Part shown: piece after piece, positions 23,909 through 37,339 of the stretch
How the letters are laid out: every line of letters begins with the position of its first letter
Numbering within the stretch: the stretch's first letter is position 1
Source of the DNA: Hydrolagus affinis
Taxonomy: Eukaryota
NCBI GenBank assembly: GCA_012026655.1
Contig: JAAILG010000140.1
Span: forward strand, 62,001 to 126,000
Length of the DNA: 64,000 nt
Direction: 5' to 3'
Position numbers and translations under genes: made by a program
Notes under the pieces: model-generated
Databases searched by the model: none
The model's input: the letters and a program-made list of their open reading frames with translations, nothing else
Told to the model about the DNA's origin: nothing

Positions 23909-26900
23909 GTCCTGGGAAACCACATGGTAAATTGTGACAACTACATATGGGTTGAACACATTCCACCACAATATTGTATGTGCAGTAACAAGTTGTTGAT
24001 AACATTATAATACCTACACAGATACTGACCTGATGATTTGTTGTAATGGCTTGCTACCAGCTACTGCATACTCATACAAGTAAAACATTAAGTAAATGAA
24101 TACATACAAACACATAGATATGCTCTTTGATTCAATTATATTTATTGATTAGGAATTGTATAGCATCACTCTATTGTTCAGTCTCATCCATTACTTGGTT
24201 ACTTGGCTAGACCACTTTGTTTAAACCATTATGAATCCAGCTATGACCTCAGAAAATCAATATGTTAGAGAAGGTATGGTTCCAGATACAAAACGAATTA
24301 TTGCACGCATCTGTGTTTTCTTTCCCCCAATCTCAACTCAAGTTTCTACGATATTCTCAGAAATAATCATTTTCTTTTGACCTCAGCTTAAAAAAAAATT
24401 TAGCTTAAGTATCAAAGATAATAAATCACTTGGGTTAATAGGAGATATTGATTAAAAGATACATTCTCCATTATATATATCTTTGCATCAATTGATCAGA
24501 AACAAAGTTGTGATAATTCTGATTATGCACATGTATCCACACCTCAGTCGCAAGCCCAGATTTAAAAGTCAATGACCATGACTCATTCTGAGAATGGGTT
24601 ATAATGTCAGAAAAGCTGGGAAAGTGGAGTAAAGCTGGGTAACACTAAAAGTGTGATGACATGTGACATGGAACTCACATAGTTGGCCAAACCTTTCTTT
24701 CATTTCTATATAACAAATGCTTCTCTCTCCTAGAGGATATGGGATTTTGTTTTTACGTGCATGATAGAGAAATGAATGAAAGTAACAAAAATGTTCCATG
24801 TACTAGGTGTTATTTCCAACACCAGTTCCAGTTTTCTGAAAGAAAGATGTGACATGCAGATGTAGGGCCCTTAGGGATTTGAAAATACCTTAGTGTTCTG
24901 CACAAGCGCCAGACTGTCCCCTTTGTTCAAAATGTGCGGCAGATGTACAGTAAAATCTTTTTGAAATAGGGGACTGAAAGGAACTACTGAATTTCAGTAA
25001 TCTCCCCCACCCACCACCACTACCCATTTCCCACAATTGTTTTTTAAATACTGATTTATTTAATTAAGATAGGAATTCCTATTATAAAGATAACAAAAGG
25101 TTCCCTATTTATTTTTCGTGTGATTGATCCGGTTAGTTGAAGATAATCACTTACAAATTCAATTTTAAAGAGAAACATAACTTTTAGGAATTCGCATACC
25201 ATTTCAATATGTCTCTGCTTCCAAGTGTTGATGACCTCAAAAGCAATAGTTTAATTTCTTAAACATGTTTTAACATAGCGTAGTGTAAACTAGTCTATAC
25301 TTTCAGTGTTTTTCAGTCCCACCTCACTATTGCACAGTTATGTTTTCAATGCCATGTCAAATCCTGTAGTCAAGATAAGGTATGACACTGACATTTAACC
25401 TATCTCGGAAACAAGGGGGAGAGAGGAAGTGCAGATGGATGATTGGTGACCTGCTTAATCCAACATGATGGACCCTCTAAAGATGCTAGTAAAGATATAG
25501 AAGCAATGACAGCAATTCAATGCTGTGAAGTTGAATACAGTATTTGAAGTAATTTTTTGAAAAAAAGCCAGTTAGTCATGTTAGTCAATCTTTATGTTCT
25601 TATAAATTTGCAATAACTTTACTTTTCTGAAACTATCACCCATTTCCAGGCTGATGCAACACAAATTGGAATTTGAACATGGGATCTTTTAGTTTGGCTC
25701 AATTCTACACTCAGCAGCGAGTTTAAACACAAAGCAATTGGGGTCGCTGAGCCATGTAAATTAAATCCTCAAGGGTGACAGAATAGAAGAAGTACCATAT
25801 TCTGAAGTAACAGCAAATGAATCGGATACAAGTAAAAAGTAAAATGTATTTTTTTTCCAATACTGTCATTTTATGTGTTTCTGTGTCAGTATGCATTACC
25901 ACTGCAATGAAAAACTGAAATCTCACACAATGATCTTTTGCTGTATTTTCTGATCAGAAATATTTCTTAACTTCTCGTCCTAATTTCTCATATGGAGAAA
26001 TGCACTTAATTGTTCACCATTTGCTCTTTCTTCCCCTTCTTCTATCGTCACCTCTTCCACTGACTTGGGTTTGCAAAACGGATTTACGCTAAGGAAAGGA
26101 TGTCAGGTTCTGCCTTATTATTGACAAAGAAATGAACATTTATTGATGGTTACTAATTTGATTTTAAGTATTTCAATATACAGTATTTTGGAATTATTCA
26201 ACAATATGCGAGCTGAGTGGTTTCAGCAATAAAAAAAACACTTTGGCAATAAATCAATTACTGGGACTGTGGAAAAAACAATGACTAAACTAGAGAGCTC
26301 TTTGCCAATGCTGTTGTAATGAAGTGTCTTACACTGGACAACTTGAGGTAAGGAAAACTATGAACTACTGCAGTTGTTTTAAGCCTAAGGCCACTTTCCA
26401 AGTCTTTTCGAAGTCTTTTGAAGTCTCGCACCCATCCTATAGCAGCCTTGGGGCATTGCCTTCTGGGATCACAGCCACAAACATCAAGCATCTGATTCAT
26501 CTGCCATGGCATAAATCAGCAAATAAGACGAGCTGAAATGTCAAAGGTCATCATGGTGTGATGCAAAGAAAGGACCACGGCAGCAATAGCGTTTATACCA
26601 TGCAATGAATTAATATAATTGGCTAACTACCAATCCTAATGAATAAAATTATATCTTTCCGTGTACGCTGCTCTTAATGGGATTTCCAGGAACACCCTGA
26701 GCAAGATGAATCACCATCAGTCTGTATTTTATGAGTGAAGTACATTTCTGCATGCAGTGATGAAAGTGATCCATCATTATGCTCATTATCGGATGCTGGT
26801 GTATTTTGCTTAAGGTTTTGAGGGGGAGGGGGAATCAAACTATAACCTGAAGGGCTCAAGAGGCACTTCAAATTAAACATGTTTTGTTAATGTAAACTTA

Positions 26901-27409
26901 CAAATTCCCTAACACAGCTTATTTTGATGAATACTGTGAATGATCCTTACATTTGATGTAGCTCCTTATCACATTGTTGAGATGGCTCTAAATGCTTCAC
27001 AGGGTATAGTGCAGAGCGGTGTGACTGTGTATTTTCAAATAGAGAGCATTCTGTGGGATCAAGCAAATATCATATGGTTCCTATTCACCTCCTGGACACA
27101 ACATGTCAATGGTTGTCCTTAAGATGTTCAGAAAGGGACATTTTCTGGCTACTGGGATTGAATAGTTGTGCAACGCTGATTTTGTTTGACAGATCAAAAC
27201 TCAAAAAGGATGTATGGTATTTAATCCTAAAGTAATGCGCATATGACAATATCCCACTCCTCACCTGAATCTTTCCTGCTTGAGAAATTTCTCATCCAAG
27301 ATGTCACTGAGAAGGGAAATACACAATGCAGTGGTAATACTATAAAGTTACACGATAGTATTCTCTTAGAAACACGAATATTAAAAAAGGAATATAAACA
27401 TGTACTGTA

Positions 27410-27623
27410 CAGTAAAAGCCCGTTTATCTGTGACCCGATCAATCGTAATTTCCGTATAACCGGCACCGCAAAAAAAGGTCCCCATTCGATTAACCAGAAT
27501 TTATCCGGCACAATGTATTATTTTAAAAAAAATTGGGGGGGATGTTTTCAGCCGAATATCCGGCACGCGCTTTAACCGGCATTGGCCAGGTCCCGAGGGT
27601 GGCGGATAAGCAGGCTTTTACTG
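27410..27623. mobile_element. Non-autonomous Tc1/mariner(pogo/Tigger)-type MITE, 214 bp
   Basis: Terminal inverted repeats CAGTAAAAGCCCGTTTATC / GATAAGCAGGCTTTTACTG (17 of 19 matching), TA on both sides, CpG-rich interior, no ORF. Confidence 0.9.
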
Positions 27624-29369
27624 TATGACTATTCAATGTATTTCCGTCTTGCTTAAGTTAAAATCATTCTGTTGGAAAGGTGCTTTTCACGTCAGTTAAT
27701 TTACGATCCTAAAATGAGAAACTAATGAATATAGCTGGTTATTAGAGATCGTAGGAATGGTGGTTCTACATTTAATCATTAAAACATATCATAGAAATGG
27801 CCAGACCTCAACATTGATTTGTGCTTAGATTATGTTGATGATATGGGTTTAAGTACTTTTTTCGTACCTGCAGGGCAAGTTCACTGCCAGTGACGGAGAA
27901 ACTATGCATTAAGTCTGTAGCATCTGGGTTGAGTCGAACTTAAAACACCAGTGAAACAGCTGTCACATCTGGTACCCTGGGGCGGGAGCTGGTGGTAGCT
28001 GGAGAACAACACAGCAGATCACTGGCTGTCATACTGTGTTTTATCTTTTTTGGATTTATGTCTATTTAGGCACTTAATGCAATACATTATGTTTAACGAT
28101 CAAGATTTATTTATTAGCTCACTAGTAAGAAGTGGCATATTCTACTCATAATTTACACTTCAAGCTGTTAATTTTCATGCATTTGAGTGGACATTTTCAT
28201 AGAAGAAACCATTGTTTTTAAAGCATTAAAATTGGTACATTCACAGTTGTGACATTAATATAGCGATAGAAGCTTCAATGAGGTATTAAGCTTTAGTTAG
28301 GTTTGTAGATTGATTGATGTGAAAAGTATCCATTTGGCATCATTATTTTGAGTGGGGATAACACATTTAATAACAATGCACACATTCACATTTCTGTTTA
28401 ATATTCAAATTTTTCAAAGATTACTTGATCCATTTATATTCCATTAAGTTTCTCAAAGCATTTATACTGTAGCTGTATTTTTTCATAAGCGCAAGATTGT
28501 AAGATGTTGGCATGGTAGTTGACAAACATTTGAATTGCTCTTGCTATTTTTATTCAAATGTGCCACATAGCTACATCACTATATATTAATAGGGAGCTGG
28601 TCTGGATACCATCTACTCTGGATGACAAATTGTAAGTGTTTATGTTAATGTTCAATGAACAAAGGAACATTGTAAGCCTCTTACTAATATTATAAAGTGT
28701 TGCTTAACTATTTCCTGTTAAATTTCACGGTTTTATTCCAGCAACTTATCTTAGCTCTAAATTTGCTGTTTCCATCATTCATCTCTTCTGTTTATTATTT
28801 TTTACATTTATGGTGTTCCGTTTTGTTCAGTTTGACTGTTGTGTGCCTACATTTTCTTTTCTTTCCTACAAATTGGGAAGGTTACATTGATTGTGACTAA
28901 GATTCATCATCATAAACATGTTAAGCTTTCCTATCTTGTGGGGACAAGATTGTGCTGGAGCTATTGATGCCTGGAGGTTTGTAGATTAACACTGAATTCT
29001 GAGTGTGACATAGCAACATTGGTTACATTTAAAGAAACTGAAAGCTTTTCTCGATGTCCCATTGATGGATTGGGGAATAGTGATTGCGGGAACTCCCAGT
29101 GCCTAGAACAAATGAAAAAACTAACCTAATTTGAAGCCTGAGAGCTGTATGCTCAGCCCCAGCAAAGTCCATGTTTTAAGCAGTATTAAGAGGTATTTTT
29201 GCTGCAATGTAAACAATTGTGCTGTGATTTTCATTTAAATTTTACTTTTTGGATGCATTTTAATGAGATTGAAAAGCATAACCGGAAAACTTAATGTGTA
29301 ATCCAATGACTTTATTATGTCATCAATTGGCTTCTTGTGCATCTCTCTTTACAAAGTTGGTAAAATGGT

Positions 29370-29481
29370 AACATTTCTACCCCTGCCCCTACCTCGGTCC
29401 CGGGATTCGCTATTGTAAAGCGCTCTGAGACGCCGTCCGGCATGGAAGGCACTATATAAATCAAAGTTGTTGTTGTTGTTG
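29370..29481 (+). mobile_element. L2 family B 3' end
   Basis: TTTCTACCCC...AAGCGCTCTGAGACGCCGTCCGGCATGGAAGGCACTATATAAATCAAAG(TTG)n, matching 14598-14692. Confidence 0.88.
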
Positions 29482-29812
29482 CAGTAAAATGGTACACGTC
29501 TTGCTTCTCTAAAATGCCCGAGTTGCAGATTTCCATATCCAGGTACCCCAGAGGAAGTTCACAGGTACAAAGTCCATTTCTATTTTTAAAAGAATGGGAC
29601 TGAGCACTTTTTAAAGTCTTGCACAGCGAATTACGCACCTCAGAAGACACTCGAGGCTCATTTGGAAGTAAAGTTCATTTTCTGCTTGAAGTATGCTTTG
29701 GGTATTTTGTGTGAGTGCATTGTTGAGAGTGAGTGCTGGGTGAAACAAAAAACTGTGAAGTGCAGACAAGAAAAATAGTATCATTCGACTACGGAGCTTT
29801 TGGAAGAGATAG

Positions 29813-30133
29813 AACAACAACAACAAAATTACATTTGTAGAGCACTTCTCATGTCGGAAGGATGTCCCAAGGCGCTGGACTGTCAATGTTTCGGACCCGA
29901 GCTGAGTTCGGGACAGGGGAAGGTGGAGGGAAATGAGGGCAAAGGGGGTTGAAGGATGGCATGGTCGAAGAGGAGGGTCTTGAGGTGGGATTTGAAGCAG
30001 GCTAGGAAGGGGGAACGAGATAGAGGGATTGCGGGATGGAATTCCAAAGGTTGGAAGCAGAGTGGCTGAAGGCTCGTTCGCTGATTGTGGGGTGGATGGG
30101 TAGGGGGACATGGAACAGGTCGGAGCCCCCTGA
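29813..30133 (-). mobile_element. L2 family A 3' end
   Basis: (CAA)n AATTACATTTGTAGAGCAC...GGATGTCCCAAGGCGCTG followed by the reverse complement of the L2 3' ORF/UTR. Confidence 0.9.
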
Positions 30134-31667
30134 GAAAAGGAGAGGCTGAATCTGAAATTTGAATTGAAAAAATAGACTAAAATAAGATAGACTGGCCTCA
30201 AAATAAGAGGACAGTCATTGTAAGAACATAAATCGCACACACACACCTACCTGTGTACCAAGGTATCAAACTGATTTGTGTCAAGGATTTGGAATTCTCA
30301 AACCAAACCAGAAGATTCCCTGTACTTATTTTTTAAATTTGAATACCACCATCATTTCACTGTATGTTTCTGTTGATTGCTTGAGGCAACATTCAAGCTG
30401 GTGATCATTAGCTTCTCATGGATTTTCCAAGCATCTGCACCATGCCAATGCTGTAAGCAGACAAATTCATTACAGCGTTCACTGGTGGGAAGTGCTTTGG
30501 TAATTTATGGTAAATAAATCAGATACAGTACTACAGTGTATGCTAAGTCAATGCCAAAAGAACAATTTCCTTTCTCATGAACTAAAATGGAATGCTGAAC
30601 AAGTATTTCAAAAACAAAATCTATGATCTGCATGAGTTACTTTCAAGCCCAATAGAAAATACACAAACTGAAGTGTTTTAATCTTTTAAAAAGTTCATAC
30701 TGGGTAAATCATGCAGTGTGTTTTAAAAAATGATTCAGAGACTTTTAAAAATAGCCAAATGACCAATCTCCAGAATAGCAAAGTTTCTGTGTACAATTTA
30801 TTCCTCTCTTCAAAATGACTGTCTTTAATGACTTTTACAACAAACGTTCGTATATTTGGCAGAAGAATTAGAAATCTGATGGTAGAGGGATGTGAGCAGG
30901 TGAATAATGTTAAACTGAATGTTGTATATTCAGTGTAGAGTGCTAATGGTATGTGATAAAATCATGGTTGCATATGGTTGTAGAGGACAGGAGATGTACA
31001 TCAGCTGTGGTTAGTTTACAATCTGAAGGTGGTGTTTCTTCCTCCAAACGTCATAACCCTGGACTTAAAATCTGCAATACTGGAGTCAAGTACAATTGCC
31101 TCTAATGCAGTCACAAGTATAGCTACAGCTGCTGTACCTCACTTTACACATCTAGAGCTCAGTGGTAAATTATTTGAGAAATTCTTCCAAGAAGTTGGAA
31201 GACAACACATTAAGTGCGTTGGTGAAAGATTTTTCATTATCTTGTGATGAGAAAGATTAATGTATTGAATAATGTATGGAATTCGACTGCCAGAGAGTTT
31301 CTCAAAAAATCAGTCTGGACACTGTCTGGTTTATTTTTTGTTCATTATTTGTGTGTGCTTTATTAGGATTGTAAAATGCACATTGACTTAAAGGCTTGAC
31401 TGAGAATATATGAAATTTAATATGAGGTGCAGATTGCTGTGCTGCTGAGGCAGAAAAGGGGGCTGTAGATGATGTGCGTGGAGGGAAGGAAACTAGTGAG
31501 GAAAAATTGCTATTCTAGAGTTTTTTCTTAAATACCTTTGAAGAATAAGGAACTGCACAATATTCCTGTCTACCTCGTCTGGCAAGAAGAGTGGGGTAGG
31601 GTGAAGACCATGTTAGATTAGATTGTACATGGATGTGAAGGATTGGGTTTGGTGACTTAAATATTTC

Positions 31668-31762
31668 ATCCACAAAACACACAGTCAATCCACTTTACAG
31701 TGAAGCAATTTGAGATGTCTCAATGATATGATATGGTGCTATACTGAAAACAAAGATTATTA
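31668..31762 (+). mobile_element. SINE 3' fragment
   Basis: CACAAAACACACAGTCAATCCACTTTACAGTGAAGC...GATTATTAT. Confidence 0.7.
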
Positions 31763-32812
31763 TATTTCATGTCCTGCTTCTATGTCCGATTTGTTGGTGG
31801 GTGAACTTTTCAGCCATTTTGCCTCTGCTCTCTGGTACCCCACACACTCGCATATTTCTGATGCTGTAAATGCAAGACCTATTTTCTGTCTTTATTTTTT
31901 CAATTGGAGATTTTGGCACAGTACATTTATGAACAGTCTTAGTGTAATGAGATACAAAATTGGCTTGGAAACCAATACACATGGTTTTCATGTGGATAAG
32001 ATAGATATTGATGTGTCAGCTGTCCAGACTTACTGGTTTATTAAAGTGTAGTGAGAGTTATATGTTTAGAGATGAGTTAATTTATTATTAAGTCAAAGTG
32101 AAAGTATTGTAACCCACATTTAAATGCATAATCTATCATCAATAAGATTGAAGAATCAAGAGCATATTTTGTTTTGACAGTGATGAGGTAAATAGGTGCA
32201 CATGGTCCTGTTATATACTATACAGTAGATGGAATGATCATGGCTTAACAGGTGAACATACAAGTCATTTTTTTTCACAAGATGTTTGTTGAAAGCATGA
32301 AGCTATGCCAACATTTCACTTAACTACATCTCACCCTTGTATGGGAGTCAAATAAATGAGTTTTCATTCTCGACATTTCCAAATAACAAATCAGCATTCA
32401 CCTTTTGCGAGGCATTTTCTATGGTTTCTATGACACTGTCATGTCTTCCAATGCAACACCTAATAATTTGTTTCTTCTGTTCAGATATGATTACACAAAC
32501 ACAGAAATAATCAACACTCACCCCCATCATATTTCTGCAATTGACAGTTAAAGTGGCAGTTCATCTAGAACTTGTGGCTCGAGTGTCTCATCAATCCCTG
32601 ATGTCAGAAACTTTATCCTGTAACTTGGCATTGTTGTGGGAATGCAGATATCCAGACTTCAGTGGAAGTGTAGTATTTTCTTCATCAATAATTTTTTAAG
32701 ATTTGCTTTTCAGGACTTTTTTTTCATACAGGAGAGGGACACAGATGAAATGAAAGTCAGGAGCCTCGGGAAAGGCCAGCCAGAGTCCTCCGCACCCCCT
32801 TCACTCCTTTGA

Positions 32813-32875
32813 CAACAACAACAACAACAAAATTACATTTATGTAACGCCTTTCACGTCAGGAGGACGTCCCAAT
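32813..32875 (-). mobile_element. L2 family A extreme 3' tail
   Basis: (CAA)n AATTACATTTATGTAACGCCTTTCACGTCAGGAGGACGTCCCAA. Confidence 0.85.
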
Positions 32876-33182
32876 ATCTGCAGCCAGAACACTTCAGAGG
32901 AGAGTGAGATTTTTTTTCTTACTGACTTGGGAAAGCAGCCAAGGTAAGTGTAGCTTTGAGAGTTCTGTAAACCAGCAGGAGCTGTTCATTATACAATGTA
33001 GGAAAGCCCATCACCAGACCCAGTGGGTAACCTACAGACTGGTGGCCCAAACCGACAATTTATGTGTCCAACCTATTTGACCATATGTTGAGCTGTGTTT
33101 ATGAGAGTTACCTGCAGTGTGCCCAGGATAAATTGCCTGCTGTTCCATGTGTATAGTGTGAATAAATGTTCTACTGTAACTG

Positions 33183-33250
33183 CGCTCAAGAGCCTCGGGA
33201 CAACCTCCCGACGTGAAAGGCGCTATCCAAATGTAATTTTTTTGTTAAGT
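33183..33250 (+). mobile_element. L2 family A-type tail attached to non-L2 upstream sequence
   Basis: GCCTCGGGACAACCTCCCGACGTGAAAGGCGCTATCCAAATGTAATTTT. Confidence 0.8.
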
Positions 33251-33509
33251 TGCTGTTTTCATTCCAAGCAAATGTTTTGGCTCCTCAAATGAAAATATAT
33301 ACAAGGTTATGGATATCCCTCCTCTGATATTTCCATCTCTTTCTTATTCATGTGAACTCTGTGCACCATTTTACCTAATTGTAAGTGACAGGTGAACTTA
33401 CTCCCAGGACCGAGCCATTGGATTACTGTTCAGGCTATACAAATGTAAGTTTGCTGTTTTTGTTGATGTTTTTCCATCAGTGTATACCCCAGTGCCCTGG
33501 AAATGATCA

Positions 33510-33710
33510 GGCTGCTCCCTTTGCCTAGCAAACACCAGCCCGATTCGTGTTCTCTGTCCGTCTCACCACACCATCAGTGGATGATCTTTCAACCATCCTG
33601 CCCCTGCTCTCTGCAACTCCATCCCAGAATGCCTCCGCTTGCTTCTATCCTCCCCTTTTAAGGCCAGTCTTAAGCTTAAGATCTATCTCTTCAGCCCATG
33701 CTTTTGGTTA
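33510..33710 (+). mobile_element. Old L2 3' region remnant
   Basis: CACCATCAGTGG...CTCTGCAACTCCATCCCAG...TTTAAGGCCAGTCTTAAG resembles 1005-1125. Confidence 0.7.
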
Positions 33711-34766
33711 AAACCTCAACAGCTTCCCTGCCTGTTATTTCTATGATTATGTCTCCACGTCTGTAACTCACTGAAACATCTGATCAATTAAGATAACTAA
33801 AGGAAGCACAGAAATCTACTATTCTGCTGTATCTGAGCAGAAACATCCCTTTGACGCAGCTAGAGGAACAGTTTATTGCTCGGCCCCACCTCGCCCACCT
33901 CCCTAGCCCCCACCCCCACTCTGATTGAAGGCCCAAAGGAACAAAACTGTGATTTTCAACAGAAAATTTGCCAATTGTAAATGCTCTACATGTGAAAATT
34001 TGGCTCATTGTTCGCAAGTTTTGGACATCAGTCTCTTTCGTTCAACTTACTGTTGATGCTCAGTAATTACATAGGCAGAAAAGTTGTTAATGTATGACAG
34101 AACTGGACAAATACACCAAAAGACCTGATACTACTTGATGCATTGTACAGTTGCATTTCATAAGCCTAAACATGCTCCAAAGGCAGGTACTGAACATTTG
34201 CTTGAGGCTTTTAGTGTCAAACTGCATTAGATCTTTCACCAGCGCACAGAGCACTGGCATGACACATGAAACTAGCCAGATTCTCCACAGTTTACAATTC
34301 AGCTGTTGTCTGTTACTAAAACTTGGGACAGAACATTCTGTCAATCAAACTAGGTCATAGACCTTGTACCCCAGGTGGCACATGTAGACAAATTTTAACC
34401 TACCACAATATAGGATATTTGGGGATGACTGGAAATAAGCAGTTTGTGAACAAAAACAGAAAGAAAATTTTGAACACAAAGCGCTTTTCTGACACTTCAG
34501 TGCAACGATTTAATATGTGTTTGGGAATCAGACATTTTTTTTAACTGCATACAATCATGTAATTTGTGATTTAAATGACAGCACTTGTTTTCATTTATTT
34601 AAGGCTTTGTTCCAGGACGTGTGTGTGAAAGCATCAATTGATTGTTTCGGCCTTATAAATTTCCATGTTAAGAAGCCTCCTGGAAAGAAGGTAAATTTAC
34701 ATGATCAGTACACATAAATCAATGTCTATTCGCATAGATTTATAAAAATGTTATCACTAGGAGAAG

Positions 34767-34891
34767 AATTGGCTGCCGTGTTTTGCTCACAAAATGTACA
34801 ATAAATTAACTGTACAGTACATTCCATGGAGTGCTTTGAGATGTCTCGAAGATGTGATGAGGTACTTTATCAAAAGCAAGGATTATTATTA
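34767..34891 (+). mobile_element. SINE 3' fragment
   Basis: AATTGGCTGCCGTGTTTTGCTCACAAA...GCAAGGATTATTATT. Confidence 0.82.
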
Positions 34892-36234
34892 TAAGAACTG
34901 AATTCAAGAATTTGGAGATATGGGGATGTAAATTATTTTGATTTAAATTGCTGTGATATGGTTGTTTTCGGGCATTTTGATCCATTTCAGAAAGTTCTTT
35001 TGCATGAACGTACTTTAAAACATTTCAATCAGAAAAACAGTTTGTAAACATTAAGAATGTAAGAAACGTAAGCATGCATGTTGCTCAATGGTTCAGAGTT
35101 GTGTGATCTGAGCAGAGAATTATTGAAGAACGAACCTAAACGTTACACTGAAAAGAACAGCCTCAATGTTGAGTCGAGGAGATGGAAAGCCGAATGGCTT
35201 CTTTTTAACTTGCTCTGTCTTATGCCTGATTTACATTGCGTCGTTAGTGTCCATTTAATGCTCTCTCCGCATTGACAAATTGCTCCAGCAAAAACATCTA
35301 CTATGAGAGACACTCCTAGCTTTGACTCCCTCCCCCAACATCGCCATGGTGATGGACTTTGGCAAAGTTAACCAGGGGAGGAAAGGGCACGCCGTCGGGA
35401 GAAACTTTTCTAATGAATTTTGATTTGTCGCCTCTAGAACAGCCTTCTGAGGGAGACAATTCTGTTGCTAGTATAGTTTGACTGGATTTTAGGCCTGTTT
35501 GACTCTCTTAATAATTAATGCATGCAAGTAGATTAAGGAACAATAGTGTCATAGTAACTATTGTACAGTACCAGTTGTTTTAAAAACATTCTAACTCTTA
35601 TAAACACACCACACTGAGATAAATAATTTTACCAACAAAGGAATGTATAACACAAGCTCAATGCTAGACTGGTGAATCTACAGACAGGTGGACAAAAGGT
35701 ACTTATATTCTTCATGAAATGCCGTCCACACCAGAACAACATTTCATGAACAAGAAGAAACAGCTTAGCTTCCAAAAAAAAATACTCTTTGCATTTGATT
35801 TGGCGACTTATTCGCTGCCCTCATATTTTTGCATTGATCTTCACTTTCCAGCTTTTGTTACTCCCAATGTTCATTTTAAATGCCAAGTTCATTAACATAG
35901 ATGAAGTGTTGTAGCTGGTTCCAGCTCATTGAAACAGTACAATTGAATAATCTAAATGGGTACCTTAACTTACTGCCACAGTGATTTAAGGCCCTGTGAA
36001 TCTGAATATGCAGTATTCATTTACCTCAACAACTGACACTCAGAAAATAGGGTCACATTTTATGCAAATCCCGCTGCTATTTTAAGTTTGTTTTGTTTTA
36101 GTGCAGTTCGTGAATGACAAATGAATGACAGAAAAATAAGAAACATGCAGAGAAAGACACATAATCCGAAAGGAAGGATGAGTTGGAAATGGAAAGGCAG
36201 CGATACAAATACGCTGAATTCTAATTCTAATAGA

Positions 36235-36310
36235 TAATAATAGTGATAATAATAATCCTTCAATTTGAAATAGCGCCTCTTATGTTTGAAAGGACATCTC
36301 AAGGCACTTA
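36235..36310 (-). mobile_element. SINE tail fragment
   Basis: (AAT)n CCTTCAATTTGAAATAGCGCC. Confidence 0.65.
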
Positions 36311-37339
36311 ATAATAAGAAGCATATGATCTTCACTTAATTCTTCTAAAACTGTCTTGGACTATTTTAAATTAACACAGAAAATTAGAGGCTTTCAGAAT
36401 CGAAAATTAACTTGTTTGTTGGTGTATTCAACAGCGATAGTTTCTATTGTTCTTTAGATATAAATATGAGCTATAAATGGATTTTATAAAAACATCCAGA
36501 AATCCAAAATACCTCTTCTTCCAAATGCAACACTCACCTTTCACATCAAGCCCACAAATGCTGGCAATTACATGGTATAATGATATCTAATGAAATGCAC
36601 CATATAATAATAAAAACACATTGTTTGAAAAGATCCATACGCACAGCATATTAACAAATCTCTTATGTTAAGCAAGTATCGTGATGTAAATCACTGTAGT
36701 TTGAATGTCATAATCTGAAACAGGGATTTGGCATCAAAGTTAAAGTCATATAACAGTGAAGTAGATTTGTGAAGCCAAATTTATTTTAAATGAATAAATA
36801 GCATGTTATTCCTTCCTTGCCTCCTTGCGGCTAGTCACCAACACATACTCTCCTCTAGCAAGCAGAGCTAGCTGGAATGAAACACATTAAATACGAGGTG
36901 AGCTTCAAGAGAAATGCACTGATTAGGAACTTTGGTCCCTGTGCATAGCGCACTATAAACTGCGGCAAGAACTGTTGAAACTTGCCAAACTGTACACCAA
37001 CAATGGGAGCTTAGCCCTTCAGCCTGGTATAGTACAGTACAAAGTTAAAGTGAGTGCATTTTCCTAAAATGTTGTAAAACTTCAACACAGACAAATATAC
37101 GATATAATTTATTTTTTATTTTTACTTTTGGTGCTTGCATTCAACTTTCAAATCAGCAACATTCCCTCCAATGGTTATTCATTACTTTCCTCTTTGCTTG
37201 GACAGCAAAGCTGGGATAACCTATTCTCTGCCGAAACCTCTCTCAGAGGGAGTACAAGAGGAAGGAGAAGTCCCAAAGCAATGCTTATTTGTACAAGCCA
37301 GAGGCACAAAATAAAGAAATAAAGATCTGAACCCAATTA

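Noticed and set aside
29611-30246. Longest ORF (211 aa, minus strand)
   Set aside because: Runs through an L2 3' end and its TTG tail; low-complexity P/S/L product, not a gene
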